Positions 53,664-64,000 of a stretch of DNA of 64,000 nt are shown here, piece by piece. The translations under genes and the position numbers were made by a program. Within the stretch, counting starts at the first letter, position 1; every line of letters begins with the position of its first letter. Below the pieces are notes generated by a model. That model saw only the letters and a program-made list of their open reading frames with translations, was not told where the DNA came from and ran no database searches. This DNA comes from Polymyxa betae A26-41 (lineage: Eukaryota; Protista; Endomyxa: Phytomyxea), in the NCBI GenBank assembly GCA_003693705.1, contig RBZT01000198.1, positions 62,001-126,000 on the forward strand. Direction: 5' to 3'.

Positions 53664-55536
53664 TTACTTTGAGCAGTCATGCTCAAAGTCGGATCATAGG
53701 ACATGGCTTCAGCAACAGTATCGTGAAGACTGACTGGTTTAGGTACCGTTGCCAGGCCACTAAATCACTTGTAAGCAAAAAGGAAGCAAATCCCAACAAA
53801 TTCCAACCTAGCAAACGCTTTTTCAGCAACAGCCACAGCAATGAGAGCAGTAATTGAACGAATCATATTCAGTGCCGGGTATAAACTGCCTTGAGCTCGA
53901 TCTTCATCGGTAACCATACTGGCTAAAGCTTTAGAAGCAGCCAACAACATCTCATCGCTGATTTCAGATGCACCAGAAACAAGAGCACCAAGACCAATTC
54001 CAGGAAAGACATAGACATTGTTAGCTTGGCGAGGATGAAAGACTTTTGAATTGTACTCGACCGAATCGAAAGGACTGCCTGAAGCAAACAACACACGACC
54101 ATTGGTTTGTTCAAACGCATCAGACGCCGAGCATTCAGATTTCGATGTCGGATTGCTTAAAGCAAACACAACTGGGTGTTCATTGATAGAGGCGAGCTTC
54201 TGTAAGATTGCTGAACTGAATGCACCGCCCTATGTTTAGTTTAGTAACAGCAGACGAAGCAAACAAGCGAACCTGAGAAGAAACTCCGATTAGAATTGAT
54301 GGTTTGATAACATCGATGATATCAGTAAGAGAATCGATAGGTTCATGGTCATGAGCAAATGGAAGTTTAAAATCAGCCAAACCTCCTTTAGGGCGATTGG
54401 AGACAATAAGGCCACGAGAATCAACAGCCCAGATTCGCTTTCGAGCATCTTCATATTTAATCTCTCCTAGATGACATCATTCACCCAAATGTAAAGCTAC
54501 CAATGGCTTGCGAAGATAACCTGATTCGGCCATTGCTTGAGCAATTATTTCTGCAATACCAATGCCTGAAGAGCCTGCACCAAAGAATACGATTGTTTGT
54601 TCATGTAATTTGTGCTTAAGCATTGGAAGCGCAGAAAGAATACCAGCTAACGTCATAGCAGCCGTGCCTTGAACATCATCATTAAAAGTCATATATTTAT
54701 GACGATACAGTTTCAGCAAACGCAAAGCATCTTCGGTTGCAAAATCTTCAAACTGCAGCAGAGTCCTACGACCAAATCGATTTACAATAGAGGACAAGAA
54801 TTCGCCAACAAATTCGTCATATTGGTTCTGGTTTGTTTCAGAGCGACGCTGACGAAGACCGATATAGTTCTTGCTTTGAAGAAGTTCCTGATTATTTGTT
54901 CCAAGATCCAATACTACCGGTAGAACACGAGAAGGATTGATACCAGCAAATGCTACGTATAAAGCAAGCTTTCCGATTGGGATTCCCTAAATAATATTCA
55001 GTAAATGACATTGTATGAGTGTAGACCGAATACCATTCCATTAGCAGCAAGATCTCCAAGACCTAGAATCCTTCCCCCATCTGTAAATACAACAGCATCG
55101 ACCTGGCTATTAGGCCAATCATCAACTAATTGTTGAACGTGGCCAGCAGCTGTAATAGGTACGTAAAGACCTTGAGGATGAAAATAAATCTCAGACCAGC
55201 GTTGACATGCTAATCCAACTGTTGGTGTATATACAATAGGCATAACATCATCTGTATGCTCAATCAAAAGCATATAGAATGTATCAGGGTTAATTATCTG
55301 GGCCACAAGTTTAACGATTAGAATATGTACCGAGATATGCCTACATGTAGCTGTTGTAGGAAAACGAATTTATGTAATTGATCAGGGATTGAATCCAGAT
55401 AACTCTTGACAGTAGCTAAATGCAGAGCTGGTGGTTGGACAGAAGGCGGCAGCAATGACTGCAAATGACGTTGCTGTCGCTGATGATGGGAAAGACATAT
55501 AGCTGGTAGACCAGACAGCGGTAGACTCGGAGCCAT
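53664..55536 (-). CDS. NAD(P)-dependent malic enzyme, spliced
   Basis: PIVYTPTVGLAC, TDGGRILGLGD, QFEDF, FNDDVQGTA, GAGSSGIG, FALSNPT and QANNVYVFPG. Confidence 0.94.
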
Positions 55537-56189
55537 GTTTAAACAAATATAGTTCCGAATGAAATGAATGATGTATTGCTAATGAAATTGATGGTACACA
55601 AGGTAAAGGCTGCTCTCTCTTGCGAATGTCATTGTCAATGTATGAAGATTGCGCTGATATTCAGCACACTTGATAGTCTCTATCAAACAACTCAGTGATC
55701 CTTCTCCACATCAATAACCTTCTTCTCTGCTTTAATTGTCATCATGTACAAGCTCAACTATATCACGTGATATTGATGCAAGACAGCGTTTCATGAGTAT
55801 TATCGGATAATAATCTAGAAGAAGAATCGGATTCGCGAAGAAATAAAGGCGAAAGGATCAAGAATGACAACGAGAAAAGTCAGGAGATGTCGAAGTGCAA
55901 CAATGCAATACAATATACTGTAGGTTAGATATTTGATTGCATACATATCTTGTACTATCTTGTACTGTATTGTTACATACCTATATTATATATAAAAAAG
56001 GTTTGAAATATGGGGGGAACAGGTCAGTCCAAGACCCCCCTATCAAATCTCCTACAAATATTGCGCTATTTCTAGAAATTCACTTCTCTTTGAGGAGGTG
56101 CCATCTAGAGACAGGGCGTTGTCCTGGCTCCAACTGCCTAGTTCATCAATCATTCCTGTCTGCATTCCTTCCACAATACATTAGAGAAC

Positions 56190-57107
56190 ATGGATCCAAA
56201 CCATGTTGAGGAACCTATTGACAGGTCCAAACATCCATCTGGCATTGTCCCTGTCCTTCAGTACGATCGAATTTCTTGCTTTTTAGCTCATATCCTGCTG
56301 TATCGTTTAAGCTTTTGATCCAGATTTAGTTTCATAATTTAAGTTTTGTGATGGTCGTTTCATATGGGGTAAATTATCGTTTAGAAATATTGTGTCGACA
56401 GTCGATTTAAGCTGCAAGCTTGATCTGAAAATGATAGCATTAAAATCAAGAAATGCTGAATATAATCCAAAGGTAAAATTCAATCTTTCTAGTTTCTCTT
56501 GTGACAAGTTTAATGATATAAGCGTAGCGATTTGCTGCTGTTATTATGCGATTGAGAGAACCCAAATCTACCGCTTTGATTTTTGCAAGTGGAAAGATGG
56601 TTTGTACTGGAGCTCGGACGGAAGATCTTTCCAAGAAAGCTGCCAAGAAATTCGCTCGCGTCCTCAGAAAGATTGGATTCGAAACCAAATTCCGTGATTT
56701 TACTGTGCAGAACATTGTTGGATCGTGTGATGTAAAATTTCCTATCAGACTGGAGGTATACGAATCATTTCATGACAAGTTGGCACTTCTCGAAATCCAA
56801 TTCTGTTAGGGTCTTGCGTATGAACACGAAGATCATGCCAGTTATGAACCAGAGTTATTTCCTGGTCTCATCTATAGGATGATTGCTCCCAAGGTATTCC
56901 TCTTTCTAATCATGTTTTCAGTTATTTCAATATGTTTGTAAATAGGTCGTTCTTCTGATCTTTGTGTCGGGGAAGGTGGTACTGACTGGTGCTAAGACAA
57001 GAGATCAAATCTATCAAGCCTTCGAATTAATCTATCCTGTTCTGCTAGCATTTAAGAAAGATTCATCGGAAATAATCCCACCTCCTTCGAAACGTGCAAG
57101 AAAGTAG
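56190..57107 (+). CDS. TBP: TATA-box binding protein
   Basis: [27 protein letters not shown] and [13 protein letters not shown]. Confidence 0.97.
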
Positions 57108-57581
57108 TTGGTATTCATTTAGATATATTGTTTATAATACACACAATTCCTAAATTATTACGTCCCTTGTAATTCAAAATGTTGTAATCTACAGTAGCAC
57201 TAATCGACAGACCTCTATTCATTCCATACTTGGCCACTCCATTTAGATAATTCACAGAAGTGGCCTGTTTAAACAATCCTATTCTCTGTCTATCCGTGCT
57301 TGCTTGCAATGGAGAGATTTTTCAGCATGCTCATTCCTGAACCCTATCAATGGTTCCGAATTGCCTAATACTTGAACGTGCGAACATAGAGCGGTTTAAG
57401 CTGGTTTCTTGCCAATCAATGTAGGTACTGTGATAGGCTGAATATGCATGCGATCTCCAGATGGAATAGACACATCTTCGTTATTCAACCTCAGATACGT
57501 TTTGTGACAATCAGTATCGATGGCGTTCACAGAATATTGTCCTGCTATCTACGATTACCAGTTCAGTAGTTGAAATTGGGT

Positions 57582-58466
57582 TTATTTAGAAAACGGTTTA
57601 GTGGTGACAGCACCCTTACCAGAATCTTCAACAAAAACACCAGCATATATTAATGATTCATGTATACGAGACTCTTGAATTCCATCAAAGACCACACTGT
57701 TTGTTAGACCAATTGGCAACTTCACCATTCCCACGTGAAACTCTCCTGGAACTTTCACAGCATTTGCTGTAGTTGGGACAACAAGCTTCAAATTTTGGTT
57801 GCCTTGTGAATAATAAGCAGTTAATGTTGCCTTATTCCAATCAATAGTAATTGCGAAGTTATGGAACATGTAAGGCTTGAACTCGGTCTGAAATAGAACC
57901 TTCGTCTTATCCCAACCAGCAGTACTACTACTCATTAATCGTAATGTATCAGCAGTATATTTGTCAACAGCTGGAGGATTAGCCGTATTCTGATAAGCAG
58001 TCCCGTATTTAATCTCGAATACATGGGTGCCATCATTCGGTTCAATAAATACCAACTGATATTCATGTGCCAGATTCAACGGATTCTTTGGGTCTTTCAT
58101 CAACGAGAAATGAAAAGTCGTCACTCCAGATGTTAAACCAGCTCCTGATTTCGGCAGCAGTTCGCTTCGACGAAATCCATTTTGAATAACAGCTGGATTA
58201 GGGACGAAGATGCTAGAGTCGGTCAGCGATAACTTCAATGCCTGGAACTCACTTCCATCAAATAATGATGATGGTAAAGTGTCTGTGTTGATGATATCAT
58301 TCCAAGTTTGATTCTGTCCATGCACAAACTTGGGATTATATGCTGTGACGCCATTATCGAAATCAGTAGGACGAGTTCCCTTTGGAATACGACCATCGAA
58401 TAATATTGTTATAGCCTGGGCATAAGCTATAATGCATAAGATTAGAATTGGTTGCAGAGAATACAT
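57582..58466 (-). CDS. Secreted glycoside hydrolase family 131 beta-glucanase, intronless
   Basis: Signal peptide, then ILFDGR, SIFVP...QNGFRRSELLP, FHFSL...PLNLAHEYQLVFIE, HNFAITIDW, GEFHVG and GVFVE. Confidence 0.8.
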   Translation of the reverse strand: MYSLQPILILCIIAYAQAITILFDGRIPKGTRPTDFDNGVTAYNPKFVHGQNQTWNDIINTDTLPSSLFDGSEFQALKLSLTDSSIFVPNPAVIQNGFRRSELLPKSGAGLTSGVTTFHFSLMKDPKNPLNLAHEYQLVFIEPNDGTHVFEIKYGTAYQNTANPPAVDKYTADTLRLMSSSTAGWDKTKVLFQTEFKPYMFHNFAITIDWNKATLTAYYSQGNQNLKLVVPTTANAVKVPGEFHVGMVKLPIGLTNSVVFDGIQESRIHESLIYAGVFVEDSGKGAVTTKPFSK

Positions 58467-58963
58467 ATTGATTAGTCGGAATGAGATCGAACGAGAGTTA
58501 AACAGCAGAGACTAGAGCAACATGTAATCAGTCAACCACACTCTCTGTATTTGTTCAACTGGTCTATTAACACCATACTGTTGAATATAACCATATCAAT
58601 ATCTATACCAGTAGTAGTTAGTGCCTATACATAGTGGGTAGAGCAGGTAGGAGGAGCCTCTCTCACTCTCCTCACACTAACTATAGACCTTCTTCATTCA
58701 GATATTTATCTAGTATGTAAGGTCATGTACTGCCAGGCATAGTTTATTCTAGTCACCTGCCATATTGGATGGAGAACACCTACCTAGATTGTGTTAATCG
58801 CATGATTACTTGATCTAAGATATATGTAATGCAGACTGGTTCGTTTTCTATCAGCTCCAGTTTAATATACCACCTACTTACATAATCAAATCTATCATTT
58901 TGATATTAGATGTATTCTACCTAGTCTAAACACTAGCTCAGAATCAACTACAGTGAAATACGT

Positions 58964-61900
58964 TTATACGGGACTATTTAAGCATTTTTGAACAATGATT
59001 CGGTCGCTTGGAGCGAGCTGCTCAAAGCACCATTTGGCAGCTTCAGGTTGGGTGCTGGATAGGTCTCTAATGAAGTTGGGCACAAACAGAGATAAATCGG
59101 TGTTTGTAAGTGGATCTTCAGCAAATATTATCTCATTAAACGACTTGTCGTCTTCTTCATAATCTTCCAGGAAATCTACAACGAGCTGATCCATTGTCGC
59201 TCTATCATTTTCGGAGTCCAGTGAGTCTGAAGATTCATCTGAGAGAGTATTAGAGGATATTAACTGACTAATAAGCAACGAAATAATCTTGGCAGGGAGT
59301 GAGATTTGTTTGTGAATAACGGCAGTAGCAGGACCTTGTGATCTTGTACGTCTTGGAGCATTCGTATCGATAATCTGATATCCAGGAACAATAACTGCAT
59401 CGATCTCAGGTCTGCGAACACGAGCAATCTCACTTAATGCCAACATTGTAATACTCTTCAGAGAAGGTGAATGAGCATCCTCATAAAGTTCCACCCATTT
59501 TTTGAAAAATTGGTTTAATATGTCAGGCGACGCCCCATTCAATTCGCATAAGAGATGTAAAATGTTGGTAGCATGAAAGGCGTGGACCAATTTACTAATT
59601 GCCAATATACTGTCTCCAACCTAATATATCATGTTAATATTAGGAAAGAGATACAACCAGATTATTACAGTAGCAAATGAAGAGCCAGAGGCAAGTATCC
59701 GATCTTGTAGAAGATGTAGCAAAGTACGAACATCTTGTTCTTGAAATCGAGCATGATGAGTGCTTATAATAGTATAGGTTAATTTACCAATAGAAACAAC
59801 CATGGTCCTATTTTGCAGTAAAGAATGAACTGCTGGCATGATAAAAGTAAGAGAGGCGGCCACTTGATCGGTAGCATTTCTGGTAATATTGGTTAAGCAC
59901 GCGAGACATGATGTCACAATAGCAAGATCTTCAGTAGTTGAAAGAATCTGTACAATTAATGGTGCGACGAGATCATAGAGCTCATCAGGTAATAATGAAG
60001 ATTCACATGGAGCTACTAATTTAGATAGAAGATCAATGAGCCCTTCGTAAGCAGAATAATCGCATTGCTTCAAGATGTTGACCACAGGTGGGATTAAAGA
60101 CTGCTGCAAAGGCTTGATCGTGTCGGAAGCGCAGAACACACCAAGTGTATTGGAAAGTCGTGACGTCACCAGTGCATCGTGAACATTGTGTGACCAAATC
60201 TCCATTAATGCATTGCTTACAACATGTAAATGTGCTTGTCGTAACTGTAATCGTAAATAAGTGAGAATTCAATCAGATTACTAACGGGGTTATACCTGAC
60301 TAATACCTAATAGAGTTCGAAGACAATTCAAAAAAACGGAGATGTGATCTGGAGTGGTGGCAACTCGAATTGATTGACAGATGGTTTGTAGAATATACGA
60401 GAGTGTATCTCCAATAGAAATTAATTGTTCAGTTGGTATCACTGAAATACAATCAGCTGCAGTTAATCTGACAGGTTCACTATCATCTGAGATATTGCTG
60501 ACAATTGCACTAACAGCACCATTAAACATGAAATCTGCATATTGTCCAGATATCAAAATCTGCTTCATCACCCATAATGCACGAATGCGAATATGAGTAT
60601 TCGAATTTCGAGAAAGATCAGCAACAAGCGGGAGCATATCTTCAGGTATGGGCGATAATTGGCCCAAGATGATGAGGGCGGCTTCAACAATTTTCCAATT
60701 TGAAGGCTCTGATAGACATTTCCGACAATATTGCTCAAGAATGCAATTCTGATTGCATTTGTCAAAGGTCAAAAAATTCTGCAGTCGAGAGACGAAATCG
60801 ATACTGGAAGATCGAGCTGAATATGATATCAAATAATCGACATCCTCTTCGAACATAGGATCCTCTCCAAACGGAACCTAAAACAGCAAGCCATTCAGAA
60901 TAGTGTTGAGACCTACGAAAAATCATTGTAACCTGAAGGGTGACGATTGCCAGGTGAACGATCTGATCAAGATGTTTTGATAAAAATGCAGAAGCGGAAT
61001 CTGATATTGGCCATGCCATAACAGACAGCAGATCAACTACAGATATGAATAAATGAGATAATGAGCTCCGTTCAACTCCCTCGAAGCTTTCATTCGAAGC
61101 ATTTTCGTTGTCAGTCTGTCCATAAATATATTGATTCTGGTAGAGTGACAGCAATGACATGGCTAAATTCAAAATGCATTGAATGACATCTGGTAGAGCC
61201 TGTAATAGAGCTTCACGATTCTTATTTGGCACAGATCGACTTAATGTAGCAACCAGATCGCAACCTTCGATGTACAATCCAAAGCCCAAATTACTAGCAT
61301 CAATTGGACTGGAAAATAGCAACTGCAACATTTGGAACCAAGTAGGTACATAATGACTCAAGATGTCTCGTAGAGATTCTTCTGCATCTTCAGCACATGA
61401 AATGGAATCCACCAATCCTGTAAATATACACACCGATTGATATCGTAATAAAGACGGATTCGAATTATCTCCAAATATTTGAGTCAAAATCGGATATAAA
61501 TGTTTCGAAATCTCCAGCAGATGTTCTTGAGGTAGATCAGATACTAGAAGTGATATGCAATAGATTGATGCAGCAGCTAGAGAGGGTGTAAATGTGTATC
61601 TGATTATTAAATTATTACAAGCATGATGGTAATAACGAACAAACCTGAGCAAAACAGGAAGAAGCTCAGTCCATTCATGTGTTTGTAGATCATATTCAGC
61701 AATAGAACCAATTAACAGACAGCATTGTGTTAGAAGTGGTTTACAATCAACAAGTTCTGCAATCTGTTCTAGAACTGACTTTCTAATCTCCAACTTACAT
61801 TCAGCAGAAATCTCATCAGAATCCCAATTCTGGCGAACCAATTGTTTCAGCAGAATATATGTCATCTGTCGATCGCCTGGCATCAATCAATTATCTGATT

Positions 61901-62091
61901 AGTTAATCGAGCAATCCCGGCATACCCAGAGAAATAGATTTATCAGCAGAGGCTCGAATAAGCAACAGTGGATAATGGGGATTTTGTCTGAGCGAATGCA
62001 AGGCATTCTCACCATTGGCATGGTTGTGATGATCTTGCGATAGTCTGATAGCGGATACAAGATGTTGATATGGATCAGACATGAAAGTCAT
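58964..62091 (-). CDS. IPO9: Importin-9-like karyopherin, spliced
   Basis: IBN_N-like start (RQMTYILLKQLVRQNW), HEAT repeats, WKIVEAAL, C-terminal RRTRSQ and acidic region. Confidence 0.8.
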
Positions 62092-62352
62092 GATCTACAA
62101 TAATCAATAATACTGGGAATTTTTTTCAATATATATAGAGAAATACTGGAGAATTTCCAAATGAATCACATTGAGATTGATAAAAACTGCGTTATCATCA
62201 CATACAGTATGACAAATGATCTATATTTAACAGATAAAAACGTTATATAATACATCATAAGCAGCAATTCGTTGCAAAAGTTTATAATGAATATCAAATA
62301 ATGCTATAGTAATATACTGGAGGATAAATACCAGTTTTCAGGGCAATGAAGT

Positions 62353-63027
62353 TTATGAAATAGTTTGTATAGCTCTGGATTTCAGAGTCATTGACATAAA
62401 TGCCAGGATTTGTTGAGCAGCGGATCTTGCATGTTGAATTAGTTGAAAATAGGCCTGCTGTGATATAATTCCATCTCCATAAGATGTAACTATATCACGT
62501 CGATCTCCTTCACATTGCCCAAAAGCCAATGCTAAGGTTGATGTAGATTCTTGTTCTTGATCATGTGTTGGATCAATACACACTCGACCTGATTGATCAG
62601 CAGCTAGTGTCACAGAACTTAGCATTGTATGACAGGGTATACTGGCATCAATTAGAGCCATATAAGCAGCATTCAGAGCAGTAGATAGAAGAGATCCATC
62701 ATCATCCAGAACTAGAACATTAACCTGAATCTGTGAAGCCCTGGATAGTGAGCTGCAGATGACCGATCCAAGACTGTTACTAATGATAGATTCCATCTCG
62801 GATACATTTAGACGACTGCATGTATTGCTCATATATTTGACCGAACAATTGATTACAGGACCAACAGATGACCCGATAGTATCATAATCTATAGGGCCCT
62901 GAACAGAGCATAAAACAATTGTATTGCCATGACAGAATCGTGAACTTCCATCACAGTTGGATAGAACCGTTAGATCACACGTTAATGGACGTAGTGAGAG
63001 ATCAGCTTGATTTCTTCGACCTGTCAT
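62353..63027 (-). CDS. RRP46: Exosome subunit Rrp46/EXOSC5 (RNase PH fold)
   Basis: LSNCDGSSRF..GNT.VLCSVQGP, DDGSLLSTALNAAYMALIDASIP and IDPT..QE. Confidence 0.88.
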   Translation of the reverse strand: MTGRRNQADLSLRPLTCDLTVLSNCDGSSRFCHGNTIVLCSVQGPIDYDTIGSSVGPVINCSVKYMSNTCSRLNVSEMESIISNSLGSVICSSLSRASQIQVNVLVLDDDGSLLSTALNAAYMALIDASIPCHTMLSSVTLAADQSGRVCIDPTHDQEQESTSTLALAFGQCEGDRRDIVTSYGDGIISQQAYFQLIQHARSAAQQILAFMSMTLKSRAIQTIS

Positions 63028-63112
63028 CTTTTCTAAAAATCAAATTCCATCTGAGACCTAAATTGCGCAGTTTTATGAATATTTTGGGATTTATACAAAC
63101 ACAAAAGTGATA

Positions 63113-63794
63113 TTAATTGGAATGTTTTCCACATCTATTCTGTTTCATATCTGTAATCTATCAGTAATATTAGACGATTTTATACAGTATTAATCAGTTG
63201 TCACTCTTAGTTCATACCTTATCTGATAATTTCTTGGAGACATAATCCCGTTTCGAGCCTTTTAGGTTGGATTTCTGACTTTGGTGCTGCTGGCGAAATT
63301 CAGATCTAGCCTTAGCTCGAACATCACATCCATGAACTTCAGGTTGGCTATGCTTTATACAATAATCTTGTTTACATTCGCTACAGATTATTGATACTAA
63401 GTGATATTAGAATTTGTAGTTTGTAGGTCAATTGGAGATGTTAGTCTGTACTTGTTAGAGTTGATTTCGAGCACGTCTGAAATGAACACATTCCAGGTTT
63501 AATCGACATTTCTGATAGAATTTTATCAATATCCTCGACATCATCATTCTCTGAATTTCGCCATCCCGATTTCATCTGGTCCGAAATCATGCACCAACGG
63601 ACGCTGCCGTTTCAACTCAACTCTCTTCAGCTCACGTTTTCTTTCAGAGCTCTCTACTGTTTGACTTTTATATTCCGTAATAAAAATATTCTGTTTGGTT
63701 TCATTATTGGATAATAGGAGTAAGGTAAATAGATTTTTTATGTAACCGTTCCTCTTGGCATTATCCTTCCAACACGTGTCTTAAACTCAGACAT
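63113..63794 (-). CDS. Small AN1-type zinc-finger protein resembling the IGHMBP2 C-terminus, 5 exons, about 152 aa
   Basis: Introns 63691-63746, 63551-63602, 63397-63451 and 63158-63217 give an open 459-nt CDS containing CSFQTC...CSEC...CIKH..PEVHGC. Absent from the ORF track. Confidence 0.75.
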
Positions 63795-63950
63795 TTTATA
63801 TTATGTTGACCATCATATTCTTCAAAATCTAATCCTGATTTTACTAATTCGATCGGTAATTATCGATTCGCTAGACAAAATCAAATATGAGGTGGAACGT
63901 AGTGGTATATGATATCGATATACTTGAAACAATGTATTGAAGCATGCAAT

Positions 63951-64000
63951 TCAATCGTCTTCGAAATCGACATCTGGGTCTTCATAGATTGCTGCAGATC
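63951..64000 (-). CDS. Probable 3' end of a gene extending beyond the window (...SAAIYEDPDVDFEDD*)
   Basis: Open frame from the window edge to TGA at 63951-63953; too short to identify. Confidence 0.35.
   Translation of the reverse strand, partial: SAAIYEDPDVDFEDD

Noticed and set aside
56261-56384. Unusually long (124 nt) first TBP intron as a snoRNA host
   Set aside because: No convincing C/D or H/ACA box arrangement seen.
58630-58685. Purine/pyrimidine-skewed hairpin-like stretch upstream of GH131
   Set aside because: Pairing is weak and no RNA family motif is recognisable.

Overview
Gene-dense eukaryotic nuclear DNA. Genes carry many short (about 42-60 nt) GT-AG introns with degenerate donors, and intergenic gaps are often under 150 bp. 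I can support about 38 protein-coding genes, mostly housekeeping (TIP41, CDC6, RIO2, SNF1, eIF5B, NAR1, RPL3, TBP, IPO9, RRP46 and others). IFT144 and an Sfi1-like gene imply a flagellated stage. The plant/SAR-type SNF1 kinase argues against a fungus; a compact-genome zoosporic protist such as a phytomyxid is my unverified inference. Non-routine content: (1) two fungal-signature enzymes, an intron-rich homocitrate synthase and an intronless secreted GH131 glucanase; (2) two DNA-transposon relics, an internally deleted DD39D-type mariner and a hAT-like element, each in a divergent promoter; (3) a MOB protein with a predicted dually acylated N-terminus; (4) a rod-less talin-head-like FERM protein; (5) two spliced genes not shown intact in the ORF track, an orphan 4-TM protein and a stand-alone IGHMBP2-type AN1 zinc finger that may reflect gene fission; (6) a palindromic E2F site upstream of CDC6. 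I found no rRNA, tRNA or CRISPR, and no single multi-gene novel system that I can support. All family assignments come from motif recognition by eye, not database searches.
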